From an uncultured delta proteobacterium (GTDB lineage Bacteria; Myxococcota_A; Polyangia; Polyangiales; Polyangiaceae), in assembly GCA_963806225.1 (NCBI GenBank), contig CAWDXG010000001.1, forward strand, positions 384,001 to 448,000: a stretch of DNA of 64,000 nt, given 5' to 3'. The notes beneath the pieces were generated by a model, which saw only the letters and a list, made by a program, of their open reading frames with translations, was not told the DNA's origin and did no database searches. Made by a program: the position numbers and the translations under genes. Below, piece by piece: positions 1 to 13,000 of this stretch. Numbering within the stretch: the stretch's first letter is position 1; each line of letters starts with the position of its first letter.

Positions 1-204
1 GTGGGCCGCGCGGCGCTGGCGACCGTGCGCGACCTCGCCGATCGCTTCGGCGCGAGCGGTTGGCTGGGGGAGCACAGCCCGCTCTCGCCGGCGCTCGAAC
101 GATTCAAGGACATCGGCTTGTTCGATCGGGATATCGAGAGCCTGCTCGGCTTCGATCCGGTCGCACTGCTGAGGAAGCTTCTCGCGCGCGATCGCGACGA
201 CTGA
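1..204 (+). CDS. 3' part of a hypothetical protein (probably truncated by the window edge)
   Basis: Open frame from position 1 to TGA 204 with high-GC3 codon usage, just upstream of the kinase. Confidence 0.5.
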   Translation: MGRAALATVRDLADRFGASGWLGEHSPLSPALERFKDIGLFDRDIESLLGFDPVALLRKLLARDRDD

Positions 205-248
205 CGCGCCGCTGGACGCTGGAGGCCGATCCGGGCGAACATCACGCC

Positions 249-1910
249 ATGGTCGCTCCGGGCCGCATCCGGCGCCGGCTGGCGCTGGCGATCGTGCTGA
301 CGGCCCTGATCCCGGTGCTGGTCGCAATTCTCGTTGCCGACAGCATGGTGCGCCGCAGCTCGGAACGGTTCTTCAAGCCCGAGGTGTTCTCGCGGCTGAA
401 CCAGTCCCTCGATCTCTACCAGGAGCTCGCCCACGCGGTGAAGAGCTCCATGCGCCATGAAGCGACCGCGATCGCCGCACAGGGCAGTCTGCGCCGCGCC
501 GTGGAGAGCGGCGATCACTCCGCCATCGACCGGGTGCTGGCCCGGCAGGTCAAGAAATACCCGAACATCGTCTCGCTCAGCGTCGAGGACGCCACCGGCA
601 AGCGCCTCGGGCACGCCGACCGCGGCCGACCGCTGGACCGCCGGAAGGAGAACGCTCTCGAGGTGAGCCGTCCGCTGTCCGGCGCGGACGAGGCCGACGA
701 GGACGTGCCGCAGCTGGTAGCCGTGTTCGCCGCGAACCGCGCGCGCTTCGACGAGCGCGACGACATGAGCCAGTTCGTCAACACCTACAAGCAGATCGAT
801 CAGCAACGCCAGGCCGTCGAGCAGAGCTACATGTACGCGTTTGCCGCGTTGCTCGGTATCACGATCGTGATGGCTATCGGAGTCGGCGTCCTGCTAGCGC
901 GCGGCGTCTCGTCGCGCATCGCCCAGCTGGCTGCGGCCACCAAGGCTGTCGGCGCGGGCGATCTGAGCATCCGTGTGCCGGAACGCGGCAACGACGAGAT
1001 CGCGGATCTGGCCCGCGCCTTCAACCGCATGCTCGGGGAAGTCGAGGCGAGTCGTGCGCGCATCGAGTACCTACAGCGCATCGGAGCCTGGCAGGAGATG
1101 GCCCGCCGGCTCGCGCACGAGATCAAGAATCCGCTCACCCCAATCCAGCTCGCCGTCCAGGAGATCCACCGGCGCTATGGAGGCGAGCGTCCGGAGTACC
1201 AGAAACTGCTCGATACCACGCTCGAGATCGTCGAAGACGAGGTCGGCACGCTGCGGCGGCTGGTCAGTGAATTCTCCAGCTTCGCCCGCATGCCGCAGGC
1301 CGCGCTCGAAGAGCACGACCTCGTCGAGTTCCTGGAAGAGCAGAAGACGCGCCTCTCTCTGCTGGAAGACGAGATGGCCGACGGCGGCGAAGCGGCGCGC
1401 GAGTCGGCGCCCATTCTCGGGCTCGGCGTGCAGCTCGACTTCGAGCTGCCCGTGGGGCCCGCTCCGGTTCACATGGACCGCCAGATGCTGCGCCGCGCCC
1501 TCATCAACCTGGTGCGCAACGCGGCGCAGGCGGTTGCCGGTGCTGGAGCGGAGGAGGGGCGCGTGAGGGTGCGGCTCGAGCGGGACGGCGAATACTGGGT
1601 GCTCGATATCGACGACAACGGCCCGGGTATCCCTGAAGAACTGCGCCCGACCATCTTCGACCCGTACGTCACCACCAAGACCGACGGTACGGGATTGGGG
1701 CTCGCGATCGTCAAGAAGGTCGTGGTCGAGCACGCAGGGAGCGTCTCGGTGGACGCGAGCCCGTTGGGCGGCGCACGCTTCCGGATCCGGCTGCCTGCTG
1801 CCGGCACGCCGGCCGGAACGCTGGCGCTGGAAGCCCGGGACTGGCAGGTTCCGCCGTCGTCGGCTAGACCGTCCCGCGGCGAGCCCCCGCCGAGCGCACG
1901 GAGCGCCTGA
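249..1910 (+). CDS. Membrane sensor histidine kinase, NtrY-like (2 TM, HAMP, HisKA, HATPase)
   Basis: H-box LAHEIKNPLTPIQL, N-box NLVRNA, DNGPG and GTGLGL boxes, HAMP NDEIADLARAFNRM; ATG 249 precedes the first TM. Confidence 0.9.
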   Translation: MVAPGRIRRRLALAIVLTALIPVLVAILVADSMVRRSSERFFKPEVFSRLNQSLDLYQELAHAVKSSMRHEATAIAAQGSLRRAVESGDHSAIDRVLARQVKKYPNIVSLSVEDATGKRLGHADRGRPLDRRKENALEVSRPLSGADEADEDVPQLVAVFAANRARFDERDDMSQFVNTYKQIDQQRQAVEQSYMYAFAALLGITIVMAIGVGVLLARGVSSRIAQLAAATKAVGAGDLSIRVPERGNDEIADLARAFNRMLGEVEASRARIEYLQRIGAWQEMARRLAHEIKNPLTPIQLAVQEIHRRYGGERPEYQKLLDTTLEIVEDEVGTLRRLVSEFSSFARMPQAALEEHDLVEFLEEQKTRLSLLEDEMADGGEAARESAPILGLGVQLDFELPVGPAPVHMDRQMLRRALINLVRNAAQAVAGAGAEEGRVRVRLERDGEYWVLDIDDNGPGIPEELRPTIFDPYVTTKTDGTGLGLAIVKKVVVEHAGSVSVDASPLGGARFRIRLPAAGTPAGTLALEARDWQVPPSSARPSRGEPPPSARSA

Positions 1911-1930
1911 GCCGGGCTTGTCCGATCCAC

Positions 1931-2500
1931 ATGGCGCAGAAGTCCGTGACCGAACAGATCAAGCGCACCCAGAATCCCAGGCAGGCCTGGCTCCTGATCG
2001 CGCTGGTGCTCGGTGTCAGCGCCTTCTTCGGGCTGGTCATCCTGCCGTACATCCGGCCGAAACCGGCAGTGCCCAAGGGCGCCGCCCCTGATTTCGTCCT
2101 GCCCGTCATCGTGAACGGCGACCCCGGCAGCCGCCTGAAGCTGAGCGACCTCAAAGGCAAGGCCGTGGTGCTCGACTTCTGGGCCAGCTGGTGCGCCCCT
2201 TGCCGTGCGCAGGCGCCCATCATCGACAGCGTCGCGCGCGAGAACAAGGGAAAGGAAGTGATCTTCGTCGGCGTGAACACCGGCGACGAGCGCGCTTCGG
2301 CCATCAAGTTCGCGCGCAGCCGTGGGCTAGGCTACCCCGCCGTGTTCGACCCGGACGGAAAGGTCGCGGACGCCTACAACGTCCAGACGCTGCCGACCCT
2401 CTTCGTCATCGACCGGTCCGGTGACATCATCGCCGTGCACCATGGCGTGGTGCCGGCTCACAAGCTGGAACAACTCGTTCTGCAGGCGATGGAGCTTTAG
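1931..2500 (+). CDS. TlpA/ResA-family thiol-disulfide oxidoreductase with N-terminal TM anchor
   Basis: DFWASWCAPC motif, YNVQTLPTLFVID. Confidence 0.9.
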   Translation: MAQKSVTEQIKRTQNPRQAWLLIALVLGVSAFFGLVILPYIRPKPAVPKGAAPDFVLPVIVNGDPGSRLKLSDLKGKAVVLDFWASWCAPCRAQAPIIDSVARENKGKEVIFVGVNTGDERASAIKFARSRGLGYPAVFDPDGKVADAYNVQTLPTLFVIDRSGDIIAVHHGVVPAHKLEQLVLQAMEL

Positions 2501-2565
2501 CGGAGGGGCCGGAGCCGCCGCGGCGTGGATGCAGCCGGCCCGGGAAAATGCTAGGAAAGCGGACA

Positions 2566-2976
2566 ATGGCGAAGAAGAAGATGGAGTCATTCGAGGAGTT
2601 CTGGCCGTTCTACGTGCGCGAGCACTCGAAGAAGCTGACGCGCCAGCTCCACTTCGTCGGAACATCGCTGGCCCTCGCCTGCGCAGCGGGAGCCGTGCTC
2701 GGCAAGCGCCGCTGGCTGCTCCTACTGGCACCCATGGCGGGCTACGGCCCGGCGTGGGTCAGCCATTTTTTCATCGAGCACAACAAGCCGGCCACGTTCA
2801 AGCATCCGCTGTGGAGCCTGAAAGCGGACTTCATCATGTGGGGCAAGATGGTCGAGGGCACAATGGACGCCGAGGTCGAGCGGGTACTCGCCGAGGAGCG
2901 TGCCGAGGCCCAGCAGGCTGCCTTCGACGCGGACGACATCCGCCCCAACATGGCCACCGACGGCACGCTGCACTGA
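2566..2976 (+). CDS. DUF962 (Mpo1-like) membrane protein
   Basis: FEEFWPFYVREHS...LHFVGT...AWVSHFFIEHNKPATFKHPLWSL. Confidence 0.85.
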   Translation: MAKKKMESFEEFWPFYVREHSKKLTRQLHFVGTSLALACAAGAVLGKRRWLLLLAPMAGYGPAWVSHFFIEHNKPATFKHPLWSLKADFIMWGKMVEGTMDAEVERVLAEERAEAQQAAFDADDIRPNMATDGTLH

Positions 2977-4193
2977 CTACTCGTCCCTGAGCGCTTCCAC
3001 CGGATCGAGCCGCGCTGCGCGCCATGCCGGCAGCGCGCCGAACACCACGCCGACAAGTAGCGAGAGTCCCGCCCCGAGCGCCAGCGACAGCGGCGGGATC
3101 ACAAGCGGGAAGCTGCCGAGCGCGTGGCCGAGCACCAGCGTGCCGAGCCCGAGCACGCCCGCGCCTGCCGCGATGCCGGCGAGCCCACCCACTGCGGACA
3201 GCAGGATGGACTCGAACAGGAACAGCCCGACAACGCTGCGTCGCGTGGCGCCCAGCGCGCGCCTGAGGCCGATCTCGCGCGTCCGCTCCGTCACGCGCAC
3301 CAGCATCACGTTCATGACGTTGATGCCGCCGACGAACAGCGACAGCGCGCCCGTGCCGACCAGCAGGATCTCCACGATGGCCAGGATCAGCTGCTCCTGC
3401 TTCTTGCCGCTCGGGTCGTCGAGCTTGTAGTTCCTCGCTCCGGCGTGGCGCAGGTCGAGCACGGCGTGGATCGTCGTGCGGACCGCGTCGAGCGGCTCCA
3501 CGGCGCGGTCGACGATCAAGAAGTCGGAGCGGTGGTCGGGTGCGTAGTAGAGGTCGAAGCTGGTCGCCGGCACGACCACCTTGCGGCCCCACACGTGCGT
3601 GCTGGTGGTCGAGCCGATCATCGGCTTCTTCGCGAGCACGCCGACGATCTGCCAGCGGGTGCCTTCGACTTCGAGAGCGAGATTCCTGCCGAGCGGGCGC
3701 GCGTGCAGCAGCTGCTCGTAGATCTCGTGGCCCACGATGCAGACCCGCCGGCGCGCCCGCAGATCGGACGGCGTGAGGAAGCGCCCCCGTTCGACGTGGA
3801 TGCGATAGAGATCGAGCATGGCGGGGTTGCCGCTCACCATGCGCACGCGCTTGTCCCGCCCGCGGAAGTACGCGCGCACGTCGTGCCCGGCGGCTGCGCG
3901 CACGCGATGGCCGGACAGGAGGTGCGTCAGCGACAGGGCGCGGCCGTCCGCGCGCGACAGTCCGGGGAGCCCGCGCACGCGCTCGCGCTCCGGCAGGCGC
4001 TTTTCGGAGACGACCACGAGGTTCGAACCCGTGACGCCCTGGTTGGCGCGCACCAGCGCCGCGCGCCCGCCCTCCGACAGGCCCATCACCAGCACGATAG
4101 CCGCGCTGCCAATGGCGACGCCGAGCAGCGTGAGCGCGAGCCGCCCCGGAGCGGATCCGAGCGAACGCAGCGTACGGAGCATCTCGGAGAGGT

Positions 4194-4197
<4 letters not shown>
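2977..4197 (-). CDS. MacB/FtsX-family ABC transporter permease
   Basis: GGINVMNVMLVRVTERTREIGLRRALGA, C-terminal AARLDPVEALR; ATG 4197 overlaps the upstream stop. Confidence 0.9.
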
Positions 4198-5413
<1,216 letters not shown>

Positions 5414-5414
<1 letters not shown>

Positions 5415-6568
5415 CAGATCTTCGTTTCGTTTTTCTTCGCGCTCTGCGGGTCGATGAGGACGCGCTGGCCCTCGGCGATGCCGGACACGATCTCGACGAC
5501 GTGGTCGCTCTCCGCGCCGAGCTTGACCTGCACCTGCTGCGTGTGGTCGCCGGCGGCGTCGCTCACCACGCGTGTGACGAAGTCCTTGCCGTCCTTCTTC
5601 TGCACGCTCTCCAGCGGCAGCGACAGCACGTGCAGCTCCTCGCGCACGGAGATGCGCACGTCGCCGGTCATGCCGGGCTTGATGCGCGGGTCGGCCTTGT
5701 CGAGCTCGGCCTCCACTGGAAAGACCTCCACGTCCTTGCGAGTCCGCTTCACCGAAGCCGGCGCGACCTTGGTCACGTGGGCGCGGAAGGTCTCGCCGGG
5801 GATCGCGTCCAGCGTCACGCCGACCCCTTGCCCCGGCTTCACCTTGGCCACGTCGATCTGGTCGAGGTCGGTCTTGACGACCAGGCGCGACAGATCCGCC
5901 ACTGTGAGCAGTGCCGCCGACTCCCGCGACGACTGCACGCCGGTCTCCACCATCTCGCCCGGCTCGATCGCGCGGCGGGTAACGGTGCCGTCGATCGGCG
6001 AGGAGAGCGCGAGGTCGTCGAGGTGGTCGCGCGCCTCGGCGAGGGCCACGCGCGCGAGCTTCACGTCCAGGGCGGCGAGCGCCGCCTGGTGCCTGGCGCT
6101 CTGGAGATCGAGGCGCGCCACGATGCCCGCCGTCACGCCGTCGGTCTTGCGCTCTACGTCTTTCTTCGCGAACTCGTAGCGGGCCCGGGCCTGTGCGAGC
6201 TGGGCGCGGGCGCGGGTCACCTCGGCGAGCGCGGTGCGGCGGTCGAACTCGACCAGAAGCTGGCCGCGCCCCACGTGCTGGCCCTCCTTTACCAACACGT
6301 CGACCACGCGACCCGGTACGCGAGAGCCGATCTGCACGGTGTCCGGCGCTTCGATGCGGCCCACATCGGTGACCTCGATGTCGAGCTTCTCGCGCCTGGC
6401 GGTGACGACCAGCGCCGGATCGACCTTTTCCTGGTGGTGATGCGTGAACCGCCACGCGCCGAACGCGCCGCCGCCGAGTGCGCACACGAGCAGCACCAGG
6501 GGCCAGCGGCGTCGCTTGCGCGCGCGCGGCCGCGTGGACGCCGACACGGGGCGGGTGGACTCGCTCAT
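5414..6568 (-). CDS. MacA-like periplasmic adaptor (membrane fusion protein)
   Basis: N-terminal TM, lipoyl half-motifs GRVVDVLVKEGQHV and SPIDGTV, IKPGMTG. Confidence 0.9.
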
Positions 6569-7257
6569 GCCGCCCTCCTTCCGTCCGCGACGACACGGCC
6601 GTCGGAGAACTCCACGACTCGCGCGGCGAAGGCGGCGACTGCAGGGTCGTGCGTGACGATCACGAGCGTCACGCCGTCGGCCGACAGCTCGCGGAACAGC
6701 GCGAGGATCTCGCGGGTGGTGGTCGTGTCCAGCGCGCCGGTGGGCTCGTCCGCCAGAACCAGCAGTGGCTGGTTCACCAGCGCGCGCGCGATGGCGACGC
6801 GCTGCTGCTGGCCGCCGCTGAGCTGGTTCGGACGGTGGCCGGCGCGCTCGCCGAGCCCGACGCGTTCCAGCGCGGCGCGCGCCCGCTCCCGGCGCAGCCG
6901 CGGGCGCACCCCGGCGTAGACCATCGGTAGCTCGACGTTCTCGAGTGCGCTGGCGCCCGGCAGCAGGTGGAAGGCCTGGAACACGAAACCGATCTTCCGG
7001 TTCCGGAGCAGCGCTAGCTCCGTGTCGTCCAGCCCCTCCACCAGCTGGCCGTCGAGCCGGTAGCTGCCCGAGGTCGGGCTGTCCAGCGTCCCCATGATGT
7101 TGACGGCGGTCGATTTGCCCGAGCCCGACGCCCCGGTGATGGCCACCAGCTCGCCCTGCTCGATGCGGAGATCGACGCCATCCAGCGCCTGCACGACGCT
7201 GTCACCCGAGGGATAGGCCCGTCCCAGGGCCGAAAAATCGATAAGCGCGTCCGACAT
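6565..7257 (-). CDS. ABC transporter ATP-binding protein (MacB/LolD type)
   Basis: Walker A GASGSGKST, LSGGQQQRVAIARAL, DEPTGALD, VTHD. Confidence 0.95.
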   Translation of the reverse strand: MSDALIDFSALGRAYPSGDSVVQALDGVDLRIEQGELVAITGASGSGKSTAVNIMGTLDSPTSGSYRLDGQLVEGLDDTELALLRNRKIGFVFQAFHLLPGASALENVELPMVYAGVRPRLRRERARAALERVGLGERAGHRPNQLSGGQQQRVAIARALVNQPLLVLADEPTGALDTTTTREILALFRELSADGVTLVIVTHDPAVAAFAARVVEFSDGRVVADGRRAA

Positions 7258-7311
7258 GCCGTTACTTTCGCGGCACGTGGACGGCTTATTTCAGCCGGAT
7301 GTCGATTTTCC

Positions 7312-9898
7312 CTACTGCTGCAGGTCCGCCGCTGTCCGGGGCTCGATCTTGTTGTTGGTGAAGGCGAACGTGCTGACGCCGATGAGCTTCTTGAAGGCCG
7401 TGCCCACCGGGTAGGTGTTGTTCAGCGGTGGGTACAGCTGGTCGTCGATGCGCAGGTTGCCGGTGACGGCGAACTCGTCGTAGTCGCTCGGCGCGTCGGG
7501 GTTCATCACCGTCACCTGTACGTCGTCGACCTCCACCAGCATCGACTGGTAGCTGTCGGCGAGCGAACCGCCGGTGGCGATGTCGGCCGGATTAGCGACG
7601 ACCAGCGGGCTGAACGGCAGCGTGGTGCCGCTGTCGGTGACCGTGTAGGTCGGGCTCGAGATCTCGTCCAGCGACTGGTACGGGTCGTAGACGCCGGTGA
7701 TGTCGACCTTGTTGCCGACCTGGACCGTCGGCACGGTGGTCTTCGTGAAGATGAAGATGCCGGTGTACGGCTGCTGCGTGCCGTCCTCGACATAGAAGCC
7801 GAGCGACTTGCCCGTGCCCGACGAGTTCTGCGGAACCACGCCCGTCACATACAGGCCCTGGAGGCTCACCGCGCTGCCGCTGGACGGATGCCCGGCCGCA
7901 TTCGGATCGCGGACGGTCGTGATCGTCATCGGACATGCGGCGAAGCCGGGATTCGGCGCCGAGGGGCAAGCGTCGCAGGCGTCGCCCTTGCCGTCGCTGT
8001 CCGTGTCGGTCTGCTGCGGGTTGGCATCGTGCGGGCAGTTGTCGATGCCGTTCGGGATGCCGTCGCCGTCCAGATCGTTCGCGTCGGGCGTGGTGCAGGA
8101 GTCCGTCTTGTCGTCCGGGCAGGGATCGCAGGCGTCGCCCTCGCCGTCTCCGTCCGTGTCGGGCTGCGCGCCGTTGTCCATCGGGCGGATCGGGTTGAAC
8201 ACGTCCGGGCAGTTGTCCGAGCTGTTGGGGATGCCGTCGCCGTCGTTGTCCGTCGCGGTGATGCTGCCGTCGTATTCGCCCGGACGCATCGGCACGCAGC
8301 TCGGCTCGCCGGGTGGCGCCTGGCCGGGGCAGTTCTCCAGCTGGTAGACGGCTTCGCCCGCCGTCTTCACGTCGGCGAGCGACACGCCCGTGTCCGCCAT
8401 CACGCACGCCGCCTTCGACTCGCCGCACACGTCCAGCGTCTCGCACGTCGTGCCGCCGACGGCCTGGCTCGTCACCAGCGCCTGGTCGCCGTAGAGCGGC
8501 GTGCCACCGCGCAGCACCAGCACCACGTCCGCCGGCGTGGCGTCGATCACCGCGCGGTAGCCCTGGTTCGTCGTGCCGTCGAAGACGGCGATGTCCGCCA
8601 CGTAGCCCGGCTTGAGCATGCCCAGGCCGTCCTGCGCGCCGGCGACGAACGCGCCGTTCTCCGTCGCCATCTGCCACAGCTGCTTGTCGCTGAAGTGCTT
8701 GTTGAAATATTTCTGGTCCAGGTCGTCGGCGCACTTGAGCTCGCGCGACATGTTCATGGAGCCGGACACGATCCAGTCTGTGCCGAGCGCGAGGCCGACG
8801 CCTTCGTTGTCCAGCAGCACGACCGGCGCCGTGTTGCCGTACAGCGAGAGGTTGCTGCGCGGCGACCACACGACCCAGGAATGCGTCTGCGCGATGCGCT
8901 TGGCGTCGGACAGGCCCGAGGCCGTCGCGTGCACGATACCCGTTTGCGGTTGGATGATGTTGTACGTGCCGGCCGTGCCGGCGCAGATGAGCTCGTTCTC
9001 GGCGGCCAGGTCGATGCCCTCGCCGATGTGCGGCACGTACGCCTGGAGGCCCGCGACGTGGGCGGCCGTGGTCTTGCCCGAACCGTAGTTGCAGCCGCTC
9101 GTGACCAGCGTGCCGCTCGAGGTGGTGAGCGGGAACGTGTCCGAGTCCACCGTCTGGATCGGCAGCCCTTCCTTCAGGTTGCCCACGTCGAGGTTCCGGA
9201 GCAGGCCCGCCTCGCCGCCGGCGCTGATGGTCGAGGTCGTGCCGCTCATCACGAAGCGCAGCTCGTGGGCGAGGACCTGGTTCTTCGTTGCGCCGGACTT
9301 GTACGAGATCTTCTTCCCGCCGTTCGTGCCCAGGCTCCAGTCCTCGTGATACTCGTAGCGCGTCGTGCCGTTCTGCGGCTTGTTGTTCGCGTAGGTGATG
9401 TGGTCGTGCGGGTTGATGAGGCCCGGCGAGATCACTCCGTCGCTGCAATCGACGACCGAGGCGTCGGCGGCACCGGCGGTTGTCGAGCAGTCCTTCGCCA
9501 CGCACGTGATGATGCCGGAGCTGTTGAGCAGCACCTGGCCTCCGCTGATGATTCTGATCGGGGGCGAGCACCGTGCCCTTCAGCAAGAGGCCGCTCTTGC
9601 CGGTCTTGCTCACCTTGCACACGCCGGTGCCCGGGCCGGGGCCCGCATCGCCGCCGTCCGTTCCCGCGCCGCCGTCGATCCCTCCCGCGCCCGCGCTCGC
9701 ATCGGCGCCGCCGCTGCCCGAGGTTCCGCCGCTGCCGGCTCCGGCTTCCGTGCCGCCGTTCCCACCGCTCCCACCTTTGTTTCCGCCGCCGCCGCTGCTG
9801 CTGCTGCACGCGGTGCCGAGGGTGGTCGCGCCGAGCAGCGCGAAGAGCGCGGCCAGGGCCAGGGTAGGGGTCGAGCGGAAGCGAAATAGGGTCGTCAT
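7312..9898 (-). CDS. Lipoprotein amidohydrolase with thrombospondin type-3 Ca-binding repeats and a C-terminal OB-like domain; +1 frameshift at about 9552
   Basis: Signal/lipobox LGTAC plus Gly linker; PGLINPHDH, HIGEG, ALGTDW, GMLKPGYVADIAV; DxDGDG..DNCP repeats; removing one T at 9552/9553 joins ...APDQ to IISGGQVLLN. Confidence 0.8.
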
Positions 9899-10097
9899 CG
9901 CGGCACCTCGCGAAAAGGTGTGGGGGCCCGGGGGGCAAACGGGCCGCACCGTTGGGTGGGTTCATAGCGCATCGCCGCGGCGATGCAGCCCCGCTCGGGC
10001 ACTGCGCGCGACGAGTTGCGCCGGCTCCACGGCCGGAGCCGCGACGCACGATGGCGCGGCCCCGTGCGGACGACGTAGCCTTGCGCAAGCGACGCTC

Positions 10098-13000
10098 ATG
10101 GCATTTCCGCGATCAGCTCTGCTTTCCGCGCTGCTGCTGGCGCTCTCCGGCTGCAGCGGAGACGGCCATGTGGGCAGAAACGCCGACACCGCCCAGACGC
10201 ACGCCGCGCTCGTGAGCCAACTCGAGCGCGATCTCGAGCCGCGCTTCGGCGCGCGGCTCGACGCGCCCGGCGTGCACGCGTTCCTCTCGCACTTCGCCGA
10301 AGGATTGCTCGCCGATCCCACGGCGAAGGCGGCGATCCTCGCGCGCGGTTTCGGTTCGCCCCATCCTCCAATGCACGCGATGGGGCTCACGGCGGGAAGC
10401 TTCGTGCGCGACGTGGCCTTCGGCGAGTCCGCGCCGTGGTTCCACTTCGCAGTGACGCCTGGTGATAGCTACCGGATCTCGACGGACCAGTTGTCCGCGA
10501 GCTGCACGGCGATCGGCCTGTCTACCGCCGACCAGGCCGACTGCCAGCAGGCTGTCGACGCGGGTGGCCCCGACACCGTCGTGCACGTCTTCGCGCCGGA
10601 TCCCGCCAAGCCCGGGCTGGGCACCGAGATCGCCGTCAACGACGACTGCAGCTCCGCACCGGTGGGCTTTCCCCACGCTTCCTGCGCGAGCTTCTCCGCC
10701 GGCGTGTCCAGCACCATCGCGGTCGCCGTGCACACCGGTCCGCTCTTCGACGGGCTGCCGCGCACCAGTGGACGGCTACTGTTGCATGACGCGACGACCG
10801 GCACCGATCAAAGCGCGAACTTCGAGATGGCGGGCAATCTGATGATCGATCTGTCCGCGATGCCGTCGGGCAGCCACTACGATCTGGACACCGCGCTGTT
10901 GCTCGATCCCGGCAACAAGGCGAACGACGGCCTCGGGGCGGACGCTACCGAGATCTGGCTCATGGACAGCGGCATGCACGTCGTGGGCGGCGACGCGGCC
11001 GAGCGCGGCGCGGGCGCGGCGGCGCGCGTGGTCCACGCGGAAAGCGCGGGCGCGGCGTGGGCGATGGTGCGGCCGTGGTCGTTCTGGAAGGCGAGCGACG
11101 TGCTCGAGCCGCTCGTGCCGGCCGCGCTTTCGCCGCGCGCCGACGGGACGAAGGCGCGCGACGTGGGCCCCGGTCGCTACCGCGCGGCGCTGGACGACTG
11201 GTACGACGAGGACAGCGACCACGACGGGCTCTCCGATGCGATCGAATCCGAGCTCGGACTCTGTGACGGCCTGGTTGCGTCCGTGCCGTCGAGCTCGCCC
11301 GGCGTGGGCTTTCCCTGTTCCACCTGGAGCGAGGTCGTCGCCGGCACGAATACGAACGATCCGCGCGACACCGACGGCGACGGCCTCAGCGACTACGCGG
11401 AAGTCCTCGGCTCCGACCGCGGCGGCAGCTCCAGCGACGCAGACCAGACATTCCCGCTCTGGGGCGCGGATCCGCGTCACAAGGATCTGTTCGTCGAGGT
11501 CGATAGCTTCGCGAAAAGCTGCCCGGATGCGGGCGATCCCAGCCGCGGTGTGCTGCGCCCGGCGCTCCCGACCGACACGTCCCGCCTTGGTCTGCGCGCG
11601 CCGGACGATCTGTTCCGCTTCGCCGAGATCTTCGACGGTATCCGGGCGGACGCGGCCGGGAACCCGGACGGCCGTGCGGGCATTGCTGTGCACTTCGACG
11701 CGGCGCTCGAAGACCGCGGTGCGGGCTGCTCTACCCCGCCGTGCTACCAGCGGCACCGGAGCCGCCCCGGGCAGTCCTACTACGTCCGCGACTTCAGTCC
11801 GGTCTCGACCGACGGCAGCTACCCGGCGAGGTCGGGCCTCGTCATCTACGATCCGGACGGCAGCGGCAGCGCCTGCTCCGACACGCCGGCGCAGACTGCG
11901 CTGTCGAACGCGCACAAGGGTGCGTTCGCGCACTATGCGCTCAAAGCGTACTCGGCGCGGGAAGGCAACAGCGCCTTTGCCAGCCTGGCAGGTTGGGCCG
12001 GTCTCGACGGCGGGACGTTCGCGCACGAGATGGGGCACTTCCTCGGGCTCGACCACGGCGGGCCCGGTGGCGCGAGCCCGTTTGCTGCGCCTGTTGGCGA
12101 TCGCTCCAGCGTGACCAAGATCAACCAGTTTTCGGTAATGAACTACGTCTACCAGGGCGGCGGCAACGTGGATGTCGGGTTCTCGTCGGGCGAACGCGCG
12201 CTGTACCCGCTGCCGCGGCCGGGCAGCCTCGACTATCCGGAGCAGAAGCCGTTCGGGCCGCTCTCTGCCGACTTCCTCGCGGCCGACTCGCTGGGAGCCG
12301 GTTCATGGGGCTTCTTGGTTTCCCCGGCCGGCGTCGACTTCGATTTCGACGGGAGCGTGGGAGCTTCGCTGGTCGGGCCGGTCGAAGCGGGCGGTCGCGC
12401 CGGCGGCAGCTACTACGGCCACGAGACCCGCCTCGCCTACGAGCCACGGAACGTCTACTACATCGACGCCGCTTCCGGCACGCAGCTCTTGCATTCGACC
12501 TACCAGGCGGGTGCACCCGCCGCGACCGTGGCGGCAGGCGCGGTCCAGATCGTGTACGTCGCCAATCACGACGATCCACAGTCGCCCGGCTACAGTGGGC
12601 TCGGCGCGCTCTCCGTGCTCCGCGTCCGCAGCATCGGGCCGTCGGCGGCTGCTCCGTGCGACGGGCGCTTCTCGAGCTGTGCAACGTTCGACCCGGCCTC
12701 GGACGAGGCTCCGCTCGTGATCGACTCCGTGGCGACCGACTCCATCGGCGAGCTGACGCAATCGATGACGACGCTTCCCGACGGTTCAGTGGTGTACGCC
12801 TTCGCCGCCAGCGGGCTTGCCGTGGGCGATACCGCGCCGCCCGCCTGGGGTCCGATCCACGTTGCCTATCGCGCCGACGGCGACCTCGCGCAGCCGCTTT
12901 CGTCGCTCGGAACGCTGGCCTCCGCGGCGCATCCAGCGTTCAGCCAGGTCGCGGTGGGAGCCGACGCCGACGGCGCACTCGTGGTCGGTGTGGATGCGGC